Shown here: positions 17,112-27,121 of the stretch, piece by piece
Numbering within the stretch: the stretch's first letter is position 1
Layout: each line of letters opens with the position of its first letter
NCBI GenBank assembly: GCA_963744405.1
Contig: CAVUTO010000020.1
Location: 24,666-88,665, forward strand
Length of the DNA: 64,000 nt
DNA from: Vicinamibacterales bacterium
GTDB taxonomy: Bacteria > Acidobacteriota > Vicinamibacteria > Vicinamibacterales > JAMQPK01
Direction of reading: 5' to 3'
Notes under the pieces: generated by a model
Database searches by the model: none
Seen by the model: only the letters and a program-made list of their open reading frames with translations
What the model was told of the DNA's origin: nothing
Program-made: the position numbers and the translations under genes

Positions 17112-18907
17112 CTTGTCCCGCGCTCCTGAAGTGCGAGTGCCGCGTTGATGAGCCCGATATGCGTCAGGCCCTGCGGGAAGTTGCCAAGTGCGGCGCCCGT
17201 CGACGGGTCGATTTCCTCGGCGAACAACCCGACATCGTTTGCATATTTCAAGAGGGCCTCGAACTGGTCTTCCGCCCTTGCGCGTTCATCCTGCTGCGCC
17301 AGACACGCAACTTCCCAGAAGCCGCAGATTCCGAATGCCCCTTCGCCTGGCGGCAGCCCATCATCTTCGTAATACCGATAGAGGAGGCTGTCGATGCCGA
17401 GCCGTTCCCGTATTCTGTCGCAGGTCGAGCGCATTCGAGAACCGTGCGCGTCGGCGTAGCCGTGAAGCGCAAGCAGGAGAAGGCTCGCGTCGACCTCGTC
17501 GCCATCCAGGACAGACACGTAGCTGCCAAGCTGTTCGTTGTAGCCGCGGGCTTCGATCTCTGCGCGCAGCGCGTCACGCTCCCGGAGGAATTCGGCGGCC
17601 GGCACGCGAAGAAAACCCGAATCGTGAAGTTTCAGCAGGCGATCCAGCGCAACCCAGCACAACGCTTTGGAATGGGTATGGTGGCGGCGGCCGCCGCGCC
17701 GCTCCCAGATTCCGTCATCGGGCAGGCGCCAGCGCGCGCACACGGCCCGCCCGAGCTCCACGAGATTGCTCTTCGATGCGCGGTCGAGCGTTCCGCCGCG
17801 AGACACCCATACGTACGCCGCGTCAGCGAGCTCGCCGTACGTGTCGAGCTGAAGTTGGTGTGCCGCCAGGTTGCCAACGCGTACCGGACGCGAATCTGCA
17901 TAGCCGGACAGGCCTGAGAGCTCCCGCTCGAGCAGATGCGACTCGCCGTAAACCCCATAAGCCATGTTGACCCTCGGCCATGTCAGCTTCGTTGCGTGCA
18001 GCAGCCACGACAGGAACGCTTCGGCTTCGATCTCGAAGCCGAGATCGACCAGGGCTCGAAGCGTCAGCGACGCATCCCGCAGCCAGCAGTATCGATAGTC
18101 CCAGTTGCGAATGCCCCCCGGCTTTTCCGGCAATGACGTGGTGGGTGCTGCCACGATCGCACCGGACGGCGCGTAGCTCAACAGCTTGAGGACGAGAGCG
18201 CTGCGTACGACCGCGTCGCGATAGGGCCCCTTGTAACGACACGCTGATGCCCAGTCGTTCCACCACGCGATCGATCGTTCAACTCGCCGATCGGCGTCTA
18301 CGCCCAGCGGTGCCTGAACGACCGGCATTCCATTCGCGTAGGTCAGGGAAAGATATGCGCCTTGGCCGGGCGAAAACACTGCCGATCCGGACAGGCGCTC
18401 GTGTCCTCGCTCGTGAGTCAACGGTATGTCGCTCGTCAGGGCGAGCACTCCGGCGCCATGCTCGCAATAGAACGTACGGCCATCTGCACGAATGGAAGGC
18501 ACCACTCGGCCGTAGTCGAAGCGCGGATCGAAGACCACCTCGACCGCCATGCGGCCTTTCAGGCACTCGACCTTCCGCAGCAGCTCGTGCTCCGGCCAAA
18601 GCTCACGCGATTTTGCGGCCTCGGTATCGACCGGCATCAAATCGGTCACGCGCAGCACGCCGGAACGGGTTGTGAAGATCGTCTCCAGCACATTGCTGTG
18701 GCCGATGTACCGGCGCGCGATCTCAGCAGTCTCAACCGGCCGCACGACGAAACGTCCACCGCGATCGGCGTCGAGAATGGCACCGAACACAGAGGGGCTG
18801 TCAAACCGCGGAAGGCACAACCAGTCGATGGATCCGGTAGCGGAAATCAACGCCGCCGATCGGCAGTCTCCGATGACGGCGTAGTCGCTGATAGGCTCAT
18901 GTGGCAC
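17108..18907 (-). CDS. Glycoside hydrolase family 15 (glucoamylase/trehalase-like)
   Basis: PISDYAVIGDCRSAALISATGSIDWLCLPRFDSPSVFGAIL and WLRDAS-type motifs. Start set to GTG 18907 (VPHEPISDY), because the upstream part of the table ORF runs through a simple repeat. Confidence 0.88.
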   Translation of the reverse strand: MPHEPISDYAVIGDCRSAALISATGSIDWLCLPRFDSPSVFGAILDADRGGRFVVRPVETAEIARRYIGHSNVLETIFTTRSGVLRVTDLMPVDTEAAKSRELWPEHELLRKVECLKGRMAVEVVFDPRFDYGRVVPSIRADGRTFYCEHGAGVLALTSDIPLTHERGHERLSGSAVFSPGQGAYLSLTYANGMPVVQAPLGVDADRRVERSIAWWNDWASACRYKGPYRDAVVRSALVLKLLSYAPSGAIVAAPTTSLPEKPGGIRNWDYRYCWLRDASLTLRALVDLGFEIEAEAFLSWLLHATKLTWPRVNMAYGVYGESHLLERELSGLSGYADSRPVRVGNLAAHQLQLDTYGELADAAYVWVSRGGTLDRASKSNLVELGRAVCARWRLPDDGIWERRGGRRHHTHSKALCWVALDRLLKLHDSGFLRVPAAEFLRERDALRAEIEARGYNEQLGSYVSVLDGDEVDASLLLLALHGYADAHGSRMRSTCDRIRERLGIDSLLYRYYEDDGLPPGEGAFGICGFWEVACLAQQDERARAEDQFEALLKYANDVGLFAEEIDPSTGAALGNFPQGLTHIGLINAALALQERGTR

Positions 18908-18910
18908 GTA

Positions 18911-18955
18911 GAGGTAAGGTAAAAGTAAAAAGAAGAAAGTGGAAGGTAAAAGAGG
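18911..18955. repeat. Simple repeat (GGTAAAAG / GAAAGTGGAAGG type)
   Basis: GAGGTAAGGTAAAAGTAAAAAGAAGAAAGTGGAAGGTAAAAGAGG. Related to the complement of 63951-64000. Confidence 0.65.
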
Positions 18956-19004
18956 CCCGCGCGACACTTCCATGACGCGCAACTTCTCTGCCTTTCGGGA
19001 AGGT

Positions 19005-19529
19005 TCAGACGTTCGAGGATTTGCGAAGTGCGAGCAGGGCGAGGAATCCGGGGAGGTACGCGATCGTCCAGCTGAGGAAATGCACGGCATAGTCCCATCC
19101 TTCAGGGTCGAAGGGCCGCCATATGCCGGAGATCAGATAAAAACCAAGACCCGACCCGATCATCGCCAGAACGCCCCGCAGCACAACCGATGAACTAGGT
19201 GCGCCAGGGGTGGGGAGAATTCGACCAACCAGGACGGCCAGCGCCATCCAGATGAAGGCCCATACGAAGAACATCACGGAGTAGCCCGCGACAGGTACCA
19301 AGAGATAAAAGCTGCCGGCGGCTGCGAGGCCAATGGCGGGGCCGTAGAGCGCTCCAGTCGGCGGCTTTTTGTATATCCAGCCGAAGTACGCACCGATGCA
19401 TAGAAACAGAAGTGCGCCGTGGGCGAGTCCGTAGACGACGCGATGGCGCAGATGCAGTCCGGCCCAGACGAAGTCACCGAGCGTGCTGACCGCAGCGATG
19501 AGCAAAGCCCCGATGACTGCGTTGCGCAT
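19005..19529 (-). CDS. Hypothetical integral membrane protein
   Basis: 174-aa ORF with 5-6 hydrophobic segments. Its start overlaps the MFS stop (TGATG), so it is probably co-transcribed. Confidence 0.7.
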   Translation of the reverse strand: MRNAVIGALLIAAVSTLGDFVWAGLHLRHRVVYGLAHGALLFLCIGAYFGWIYKKPPTGALYGPAIGLAAAGSFYLLVPVAGYSVMFFVWAFIWMALAVLVGRILPTPGAPSSSVVLRGVLAMIGSGLGFYLISGIWRPFDPEGWDYAVHFLSWTIAYLPGFLALLALRKSSNV

Positions 19530-20911
19530 CAGTCTGGCAGGTTATCCTTCGGCGGTTCCGGCAGCCAGAAGCTTGCGATAAATCCGACGAGATACACCGA
19601 GAATCCGACAGCGGCCGCCACGTACGCGAGTTTGATAGGGGCGTACGCCCGGTCCGGTGTCACGGCGAGCGTGGCGGAGAGCCACGCGAACGACGTGCCG
19701 ATGAGACGCCCGCCGATATTCGCCGCGAAGCTTTCCCCCGTCCCGCGCAGATACAGGGGATACACACGGGGGAGATAGTTGCCCCAGAAGCTGAATTGCG
19801 CGACCGTGAAAAACCCGGCGAGGAACATACCGATTTGCAGCCAGGTCAAGCTCGTCGTCGCTGCAATGGCGAACGTGAACGGCATGACCAACAGGCCTGG
19901 TACCTGAAACAGGCGGACGAGCTTTCTTCGGCTCACGATGATGACGGCGAGATAGGCGAGAGCAACCCGCCCGGCCAGCCCCCCGAACTCCTGCATCGTC
20001 GTGACCCTCGCGGCCGATTGCTGCGCCGTGAGCGCTGCGCGCGGAGCAGGCATGCCCTGCGTCATCTCGCGCACATCCGGCACACCGGGCACGATCTGCT
20101 GCACCTGCTGGATCGCTCCGAACGCCGCGCCATACGCGCACGCAAACATGATGGTCGTGACGATCGTCGTGCGCCGAAGGTCAGGGGCGAAGAGCGCGGC
20201 GATGCTCGGCCTGCGCAGCGTGCCGGCGAGCTTCTTCTGCTGCCACGCTGGTGATTCGGGCAGGAACGGGCGGATGAGAATCAGCGGGATGGCTGGAAGT
20301 ACCCCCGACATCAACGTGTAGCGCCACGGCGCGTGGGGATCGGACAGGCTGACGCCCAGCATGTTGAGCGACGGCAGGCTCGCAGCATAGGCGAGGCACA
20401 GCGTGTTGACCGCGGCGACCAGCAAGCCGCCGAGCGACGAGAACGCCTGTGTGTATCCGAGCACCTTCTCGCGCCGCTTGGCCTCGGGGAAGAGCTCGGC
20501 CAGCCAGGCTACTGCGGCGACGAACTCGACGCACACGCCTATGAATACGAAGCACCGCAGCACGAGCAGTATCCCGATCGAGGTCGAGAATCCCGAGAGA
20601 AACGCAGCGATCGCGTAGATGAGGATGCTGTAGGTCAGCACCCGTCTGCGGCCGAGCCTGTCGGTGAGATACCCGCCGATGAGGCCGAAGATGCCTCCGG
20701 CAAACGCCGGAATATAGAACAGCCGGCCGACCCACATCTGAAACTCCGGCGATCCAGGCACCGCGCCTGTCAATTCCAGCAATGCGGGCCTGACGATGAG
20801 CGGCAACATCAGGATCTCGTAGATATCGAAGGCGAAACCGATAGCGGCGATGACGCAGATGAGCCATTGCACCGGCGTGAGCCTGATGCCCGAGTCGACG
20901 GGTGAGGTCAT
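19529..20911 (-). CDS. MFS transporter
   Basis: 460-aa ORF with 12 hydrophobic segments and the DRLGRRR motif in loop 2-3. Confidence 0.88.
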   Translation of the reverse strand: MTSPVDSGIRLTPVQWLICVIAAIGFAFDIYEILMLPLIVRPALLELTGAVPGSPEFQMWVGRLFYIPAFAGGIFGLIGGYLTDRLGRRRVLTYSILIYAIAAFLSGFSTSIGILLVLRCFVFIGVCVEFVAAVAWLAELFPEAKRREKVLGYTQAFSSLGGLLVAAVNTLCLAYAASLPSLNMLGVSLSDPHAPWRYTLMSGVLPAIPLILIRPFLPESPAWQQKKLAGTLRRPSIAALFAPDLRRTTIVTTIMFACAYGAAFGAIQQVQQIVPGVPDVREMTQGMPAPRAALTAQQSAARVTTMQEFGGLAGRVALAYLAVIIVSRRKLVRLFQVPGLLVMPFTFAIAATTSLTWLQIGMFLAGFFTVAQFSFWGNYLPRVYPLYLRGTGESFAANIGGRLIGTSFAWLSATLAVTPDRAYAPIKLAYVAAAVGFSVYLVGFIASFWLPEPPKDNLPD

Positions 20912-21231
20912 GGGTGGCTCATGATAGCAACAACTGCGAATTCAAAGATGAACAGGAGATGAGGAGATCAGGGAGGTAGGAATCGCTCGGCTTCGTTTCT
21001 TCGTGGTCAGGCTCCAGCTCGTGTGGGCTGGAAAGCGCTGCCGAGCAGTCCGCCTATTGCGCCATGCACGCGCCGATCGTTGTCGCCACCAGGATCTTGA
21101 ACGCGACTGCGTCACGTAGTGGTAGTTGATGAAGGCTCGCAGGCTGTCAGACCCGCTCGCGCGAAATTGCGCCATCAGGTTCTGCCAATCCAGTCTGTCG
21201 GTCAGCGACTCGAGGAAGGATCTTAGAGTAC

Positions 21232-21275
21232 TTGACACTATTACGTTATACGTAGTATTACGTATGACGTACTAG
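21232..21275 (+). promoter_or_regulatory. Putative promoter with an array of ACGT-core repeats (candidate PadR operator)
   Basis: TTGACA at 21232-21237; TATTAC at 21256-21261. ATTACGT occurs at 21240-21246 and 21257-21263, TACGTA at 21250-21255 and 21259-21264. This AT-rich island lies 14-57 nt upstream of the padR ATG. Confidence 0.5.
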
Positions 21276-21288
21276 TGAGCACGCGACC

Positions 21289-21615
21289 ATGAAGAACCGG
21301 GATGATTCGCTCGACGGCTTGGGACGGTTCTCGGAACCCGCTCTTTACGTGATGATTTCTCTCGCCGATGGTCCAAAACACGGCTATGCGATGACTCAGG
21401 ACATCGAGGCGGTCTCAGGCCAGACCTTGGGGCCGGGAACGCTCTACGGTGCAATCGCGCGGCTCGAAGCGCGCAGGTGGATCGAACCGCTCCCCGCTGA
21501 AGATCGGCGCCGGCCCTACCGGCTGACGTCGGCGGGCCAGCGCGTGCTCCGGCACCGTCTCGAGAGCCTGCGCGCACTCGCGCGTGTGGGCCGGGCGAGG
21601 CTGGCGGAAGGATAG
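21289..21615 (+). CDS. PadR family transcriptional regulator
   Basis: 108-aa ORF with ALYVMISLADGPKHGYAMTQDIEAVSGQTLGPGTLYGAIARLEARRWIE (winged-helix PadR signature). Confidence 0.9.
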   Translation: MKNRDDSLDGLGRFSEPALYVMISLADGPKHGYAMTQDIEAVSGQTLGPGTLYGAIARLEARRWIEPLPAEDRRRPYRLTSAGQRVLRHRLESLRALARVGRARLAEG

Positions 21616-21625
21616 GGCGCGCGAC

Positions 21626-22129
21626 ATGAGGCCTTCTGCCGATCGCCTTCTTCGTCTCTACCCGCGTGCGTGGCGCGAACGTTATGGCGACGAGTTTCTC
21701 GCCATAGTCGGAGGCGCGCCACTCAAACTTCAGCAGGTTATTGACATCGTGTCGGGCGCGATAGACGCATGGTTATCGGCGGACGTCCGGAACGCAACAA
21801 GGCCATTTCATGCCATGTCCAGCGGAGGAAGATCTATGACGTTTAGTTCGTTGATAGCGTGTGAGCTGCGAAGCAACCGATATACAAAGCGCGACGCATT
21901 GATTGGCGCGGGCGTCATGATTGGCGCGAGTCTGCTCTTTTCGACGGCAGGAATCGCCGCAAAACGCGCGGGCTGGCCGACAACAGCGGACATCCTGCTC
22001 GCGATGGCCTTTCCGGGGTCGTGGATGCTCTCGATGCCGTTCTGGCTGCTGAAGGGGCAGCCGTGGAAGGCGCAGATGGTGATTGTGGGAACGACCCTCA
22101 TCCTGCTCGGCTACCTCGCGTCCATCTAG
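21626..22129 (+). CDS. PadR-associated membrane protein
   Basis: Start at MRPSADRLLRLYPRAWRERYGDEFLA, a lead-in common in genes downstream of padR. C-terminal hydrophobic helices. Confidence 0.7.
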   Translation: MRPSADRLLRLYPRAWRERYGDEFLAIVGGAPLKLQQVIDIVSGAIDAWLSADVRNATRPFHAMSSGGRSMTFSSLIACELRSNRYTKRDALIGAGVMIGASLLFSTAGIAAKRAGWPTTADILLAMAFPGSWMLSMPFWLLKGQPWKAQMVIVGTTLILLGYLASI

Positions 22130-22136
22130 ATCGCGT

Positions 22137-22372
22137 CCAGTATTTGCTGTCTCGACACAGAGACACAGAGGCGCAGAGAACGATCTCTGCGGGGAGCGTC
22201 AGAAAGCTTTGCGTTATGCATCGGCTTTTGCGCCGAAGGCGCGCTGGAAGAGACGAAGCGACAAATACAAGACTCGTCTCTCTTGTTTGGATCTTGTATT
22301 TGTCGCTTCGTCTCTTCCAGCGTCGGCCGTCTGACGGCCGACAAAAGCCGATGCTTCGTCTGCGTCTCTGCG
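22137..22372. repeat. Nested palindromic element E2 (four-way-junction-like core 22218-22354)
   Basis: - Identical 26-mer at 22137-22162.
- Stem A 22218-22230 / 22342-22354 (13 bp).
- Hairpin GCGCCGAAGGCGC at 22230-22242.
- Perfect 29-bp central stem 22244-22272 / 22292-22320.
- Hairpin 22322-22342. Confidence 0.85.
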
Positions 22373-22428
22373 TTGAATCATCACTCGCGTTCCTCTTGAT
22401 CTTCTGATCTCCTGTAATTTTGTGTGTT

Positions 22429-24057
22429 TTATCGCGCGAAGTAGCGTGCCAGTGTCGCCTCACGCGGTTTCGAGAAATCTTTCGTCGCAAACGACACAGC
22501 AATCATCAACAGTCCAGACATCAGCGTCATCGGCACCACTGGCAGCATTCCCATCACGAACGTGCCGGTTGCGCCGCGGGTCACGACTACCCAGTCACCT
22601 ATCGCCCACACGGCAATTGACGCTCCCGGTGGTGGCGCAGGAATCGCATTCTGGATGACCGCCACGGTCATCACGGCCGCCGCTGTCCACAGCGTCGTCG
22701 CCAGCGCCCCCCAGCGCGTGCTGTTTTTCCAGAAGAGTGCCGCCACGAGCAGAGGCACGAGCGACGCGTAGCCGGCAAATGCGTACTGAGTCGCGACGTC
22801 GAAGATTGATTGCGGTATGCGCAAAGCAATCAGATAGGCCATTGCCGTAACCAGGACGACGAAGATTCGCCCCGTCATCACCTGCATGCCGTGCCCGAAC
22901 CGCTTCGTGCCTTGATAGAACGTAAAGATGTCTTCGGTGAACATCGTCGACAACGCGAGTATCTGAGAGTCGCTCGCCATCACGGCGGCCATCACCGCGG
23001 CCCCCAGCATCGCGGCGAGCCACAGCGGCGCATATCCATCCACCAGCCTCAGGATCACGTCGTCGCCGGACGCCTGCGCGCGCAGGCGCGCCCGATCATC
23101 TGAGCTGAGGCTGGCGTCCGGGGCCGCAAGCTGCGCGCGCGCTTCGAGCTTGGTCTGAATGGCGGGAACTGCGGTCGCCTGATTTGCGACGACCCCCAGA
23201 AACACGGACGGCAGCCAGATGAAGAGCATGCAGATCGGATAGAGCACGATCGTCTTGCGGAAATACGTCACGTTGCGCGCCGTCAGGCAGAAGATGCAGA
23301 TGTGCGGGAATGCAATGGAGGAGAGCGGGATGAACGTGTAACTGAAGAAATATAAGGGCGAAATCCGCTCGCGTGTCAGCAGTGGCGACGTTGCCGGCGA
23401 CGCGAGCAGACCCTCCATCGCCTCGCGGAATCCGCCCATGCCGGTCCCGATGACGAACACGGCGATCGTTCCGAACAGCAGAAAAAGCGTCGTCTGCAGT
23501 GCGTTGACCCACGCGGTTCCCCGCATGCCGCCGAGGAAGACATACGCCATCACGACCGACGAGACGATGCCCCCGCCGACCTCATAAGGGATGTAGCCGT
23601 TGGTAATCGCGCGAAGCACGGTGCCGCCGCCCATCACCGCGATGATGATGTAGGGCACGAGGAGCGCCGCCTGCACAATGAAGATGACCGTGCCGATGTG
23701 CCGGCACTCCCACCGGTCGCGAAACATCTGCACCGGCGTCATGAAGTGGTTCCGTTTACCGAGCGCCCACAGCCGGGTCCCAATTGCTAAGAGACAGACC
23801 GGAATGACGAGCGCCGACGAGGACGCCATCAGCCCGAACGTGACGATGCCGTTGGCGAACGCGTGGCCCGAGGCGCCGAGAATCGAGAATGCCGTCATGT
23901 TCGTGCCGAACAACGACAGCAGGAACACGGTCGGGCCGAGCGATCGGCCGGCTAAAAAATAGTCTTCGGCATTGTTTCTGCGCGACGTGCGGAACGCGAA
24001 AATCCCGATGTAGAGGACGACCGCCAGATACAGGAAGACGACAAGCGCCGCGATCAT
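22429..24057 (-). CDS. Sodium:solute symporter family transporter
   Basis: 542-aa multi-pass ORF with N-terminus ..[12 protein letters not shown] typical of the SSS family. Preceded by a DUF3311-type small subunit gene. Confidence 0.9.
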   Translation of the reverse strand: MIAALVVFLYLAVVLYIGIFAFRTSRRNNAEDYFLAGRSLGPTVFLLSLFGTNMTAFSILGASGHAFANGIVTFGLMASSSALVIPVCLLAIGTRLWALGKRNHFMTPVQMFRDRWECRHIGTVIFIVQAALLVPYIIIAVMGGGTVLRAITNGYIPYEVGGGIVSSVVMAYVFLGGMRGTAWVNALQTTLFLLFGTIAVFVIGTGMGGFREAMEGLLASPATSPLLTRERISPLYFFSYTFIPLSSIAFPHICIFCLTARNVTYFRKTIVLYPICMLFIWLPSVFLGVVANQATAVPAIQTKLEARAQLAAPDASLSSDDRARLRAQASGDDVILRLVDGYAPLWLAAMLGAAVMAAVMASDSQILALSTMFTEDIFTFYQGTKRFGHGMQVMTGRIFVVLVTAMAYLIALRIPQSIFDVATQYAFAGYASLVPLLVAALFWKNSTRWGALATTLWTAAAVMTVAVIQNAIPAPPPGASIAVWAIGDWVVVTRGATGTFVMGMLPVVPMTLMSGLLMIAVSFATKDFSKPREATLARYFAR

Positions 24058-24107
24058 CTGCTAGGCGTTCTCTGCGTCACTGCGTCGTTGCGGTGAGACA
24101 TGGAGAA

Positions 24108-24305
24108 TCATTCTTCGAGATGCGACGGCCAGGCGAACTTCACGAGCAGCCAGAGCACGGCAGATGAAGCTAGCGTGAAGGCTGCATGATAGAAGAGGCC
24201 AATCGGAAGAAATCCGAATACCAAGGGTCGCGCCTCGCGCCAGAACCAGAAGTCCTGATGCAGCATGTAAAGCAGAACCACCGCCGCGATCGCCACCGAT
24301 CTCAT
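24108..24305 (-). CDS. Small membrane protein (DUF3311-like partner of SSS transporter)
   Basis: 65 aa starting at ATG 24305: MRSVAIAAVVLLYMLHQDFWFWREARPLVFGFLPIGLFYH... Two TM helices. Confidence 0.7.
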   Translation of the reverse strand: MRSVAIAAVVLLYMLHQDFWFWREARPLVFGFLPIGLFYHAAFTLASSAVLWLLVKFAWPSHLEE

Positions 24306-24446
24306 GTTTAGTCGCAGGGGCCCCTCCGCCCCGTTCCGCCTCTCGCTTGCGTCCCTGGACTCTCGCTCGGGACGCCCTGAGGTTACTCGGAGGGCGGGGG
24401 CCCTCTGGCCCGCGCCGCTCGCGGCTGCGAATATACTACGCACCGT

Positions 24447-25529
24447 ATGAGCCTGGAGACCGATAAGGCGCGAGCTGCGCTCGATGCCCACGTTCGAGAA
24501 ATCGTCAATTGGCATTTCGATCCTGCGACGGGATCGCTATTCTGGTTGGAGTACGCCAAAAAACTCGGATGGGATCCGAGAAAGGAAGTCGGCGGATTCA
24601 GCGACCTGTCACGGTTCCCGGCGTTCGAAGACGAGTGGCTGCGCGGCGGTCCCGTGCAGCGCTGGATTCCGAAAGGGTTCGACGGCAAGCCGGTCTACGT
24701 GTTCGAGACCGGCGGCACGACCGGCATCCCCAAGACGCGGGTTGCGTTCGACGATTTCCGCACGGATTACGAGCTCTTCAGCCGAACGCTGCCCGACGAG
24801 TTTTTCCCCAAGGGTTCGAATTGGCTGATGCTGGGGCCTTCGGGCCCTCGCCGGCTCCGGCTCGCCGTCGAGCATCTCGCGCAGTTCCGTGGCGGAATCT
24901 CGTTCTGCGTCGACCTCGATCCACGATGGGTCATCAAGCTGATCAAGAAAGGCTGGATGGACCATCTCGATACGTACAAGGGTCACGTCATCGATCAGGC
25001 CGTGTCGATTCTGCAGGCCGGCCACGACATCCGGTGCATGTTTACAACGCCTAAGCTGCTCGAGTCGCTGGCGCTGCGTCTCGAGTCGATGGGGTCCTCG
25101 ATCCGGAAGGCGGGGATCACGGGCATTTTCTCGGGCGGCACCGAGTTCACGCCGCAGTGGAACCGCTTCGCGCATGAAGAGCTGCTCGACGGCGCGTATA
25201 TGACACCGACCTACGGCAATACGCTGATGGGCCTGGCGGCCAGCGCGCCAACCGGTCCCGAGAACAACTATAAAATTACGTATCACGCGCCGCAGCCGCG
25301 CGCGGTCATCGAAGTCGTCGACTTCGATGACGCATCGAAGCTCGTCGAGTACGGGCAGACGGGCCGTGTGAAATTGACGACGTTGACGAAGGAGTTTTTC
25401 GTGCCGGGATTTCTCGAGCGCGACGAAGGCGAGCGCGAGCCGCCGCACGACAAATATCCCTGGGATGGCGTCAGCGGCGTGCGGCCATTCAGGGGCTTCG
25501 CCGCGACAACGACAGTAGGGGTGTACTGA
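24447..25529 (+). CDS. Adenylate-forming enzyme (PaaK/LuxE-like, ANL superfamily)
   Basis: 360-aa ORF. Has FETGGTTGIPK (P-loop-like AMP motif) and GIFSGGTEFTP, plus PaaK/LuxE-like length and layout. Confidence 0.75.
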   Translation: MSLETDKARAALDAHVREIVNWHFDPATGSLFWLEYAKKLGWDPRKEVGGFSDLSRFPAFEDEWLRGGPVQRWIPKGFDGKPVYVFETGGTTGIPKTRVAFDDFRTDYELFSRTLPDEFFPKGSNWLMLGPSGPRRLRLAVEHLAQFRGGISFCVDLDPRWVIKLIKKGWMDHLDTYKGHVIDQAVSILQAGHDIRCMFTTPKLLESLALRLESMGSSIRKAGITGIFSGGTEFTPQWNRFAHEELLDGAYMTPTYGNTLMGLAASAPTGPENNYKITYHAPQPRAVIEVVDFDDASKLVEYGQTGRVKLTTLTKEFFVPGFLERDEGEREPPHDKYPWDGVSGVRPFRGFAATTTVGVY

Positions 25530-25534
25530 CGCTG

Positions 25535-25693
25535 TGGTTCTGGGTGCTGGGTGCTGGGGTTCTAGGTTCTGGTTCGGGGTTCTGGGTTCTTGGTTCGCCG
25601 ATCGAACCCGCGGACCTGAAACGCGAACCTAGAACCAGAACCCCAGAACCAAGAACCGGAACCTCAGAACCCCAGAACCTAGAACCCGGAACC
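25535..25693. repeat. Long inverted simple repeat (GGTTCTGG / CCAGAACC), second complete copy
   Basis: Left arm 25535-25597, right arm 25625-25693. Occupies the whole spacer between the stop at 25529 and ATG 25696. Confidence 0.85.
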
Positions 25694-25695
25694 GT

Positions 25696-27121
25696 ATGAT
25701 CACTATTCCAATTCTCCGTTGGGGCCAACCCTACTCGAGCATGGACGTCGATGAGCTGAAGCACTTCCTCACCGGCGAGCCGATTGCGCGGGTGGGCCGG
25801 GCGAATGCCGGCCTGATCCAGCGTGATATGCGCAAGGCCTCGAATGCACGCGACGCATTGCGCAAGATTCCAGTCACCGACCTGATCGCCATGATGAAAG
25901 TGGCGGGCGACCGGTATATGAACGCCGAGCTGCCGCTTGGGGACGGTTCGCAGACGCCCGATGATTTCGCCAGGCAGCAGTCGGCGAGCACCGGTCTGCC
26001 CGTGGCGCTGTGCCGCGCGAACATGAAGAAAAATCAGTTCGTCCTCAGCGAGATGGGCAACATCCTCAAGTCGCTGACGCGCGGCCTCGATCTGAACGTC
26101 CTCACGACCGGCTGCGGCGAAGAGAACGGCGTCCCGATCAGCTACCAGGCGCAGAGCCCTGTCCTCGGGCTCGTCCTCCCGTCGAATTCGCCTGGCGTGC
26201 ACACGCTGTGGCTGCCCATCATCCCGATGCAGATCGGGCTCGTGTTGAAACCGGGCCCGCAAGAGCCATGGACGCCCTTTCGCGTTGCCGAAGCCTTTTT
26301 CCAGGCCGGCATTCCGCGCGAAGCGATCTCGATTTATCCGGGCGAAGCCGAAGTCGGCGCAGCCGTGGTGGCTGCGTGCGGCCGGAGTTTGATTTTCGGC
26401 GGGACGGCCACGGTCGAACGTTACAAAGGCAACCCGCACGTGCAGGTGCACGGGCCCGGCTTCTCGAAGATCGTGTTCGGCGATGATTGCGTCGACGACT
26501 GGGAGCGCTACGTCGACATGATGGCCGACAGCGTCTTCCTGAACAGCGGCCGCGGCTGCATCAATTGTTCTGGCATCTGGGTCAGCCGCAACAGCCGCGA
26601 AATCGCCGATGCACTGGCCAAGCGCCTCGCGGCGATTCCGGCGCTGCCGCCGGACGACCCGAACGCCAGCCTTGCCGCGTTTACCGTTCCCGGAATGGCA
26701 GACGCGATCTCGCAGTCGATCGACGTCGACCTGAAGGCGGCCGGCGTCACCGACTACACCGCGAAGTACCGAGACACGCCGCGCGTCGTCAAGAACGGCC
26801 GGCGCAGAGTACCTGCTGCCGACAGTCGTGCACTGCGAATCGCCGGAGGCGGCCATCGCGTCGAAAGAGTACATGTTCCCGTTCGTCACCGTCGTCGAGT
26901 GTCCAGAGGCGAAGCTGCTCGAGGCTATGGGGCCGACGCTTGTCTGCACGGCGATTACGGAGAAACCGGAGCTGCGCCGAGAGTTGCTCGACGCGACGCA
27001 CATCGATCGGCTGAATCTCGGGCCCGTTCCGACCATCCGGCTCAACTGGCTGCAGCCGCACGAGGGCAACATCGTCGATTTTCTGTACCGGCCGCGCGCT
27101 CTACAATCAGCGCCAGTATGA
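25696..27121 (+). CDS. Aldehyde dehydrogenase superfamily / LuxC-like acyl-CoA reductase, frameshifted near 26797-26803
   Basis: VLPSNSPGVHTLWLPIIP and FLNSGRGCINCSGIWV (catalytic Cys context). After ..RVVKNG the homology continues in the frame of ORF 26828..27121 (AEYLLPTVVHCESPEAAIASKEYMFPFVTVVE). Confidence 0.8.

Noticed and set aside
20942-21238. Small minus-strand ORF divergent from padR. Its first about 40 residues (MSSTLRSFLESLTDRLDWQNLMAQFRASGSDSLRAFINYHYV) look protein-like.
   Set aside because: The remainder is Arg/Ser/Trp-rich nonsense, and a plausible continuation exists only in another frame. It could be a short frameshifted gene remnant, but I cannot assign a family or a reliable end, so it is not listed as a feature.
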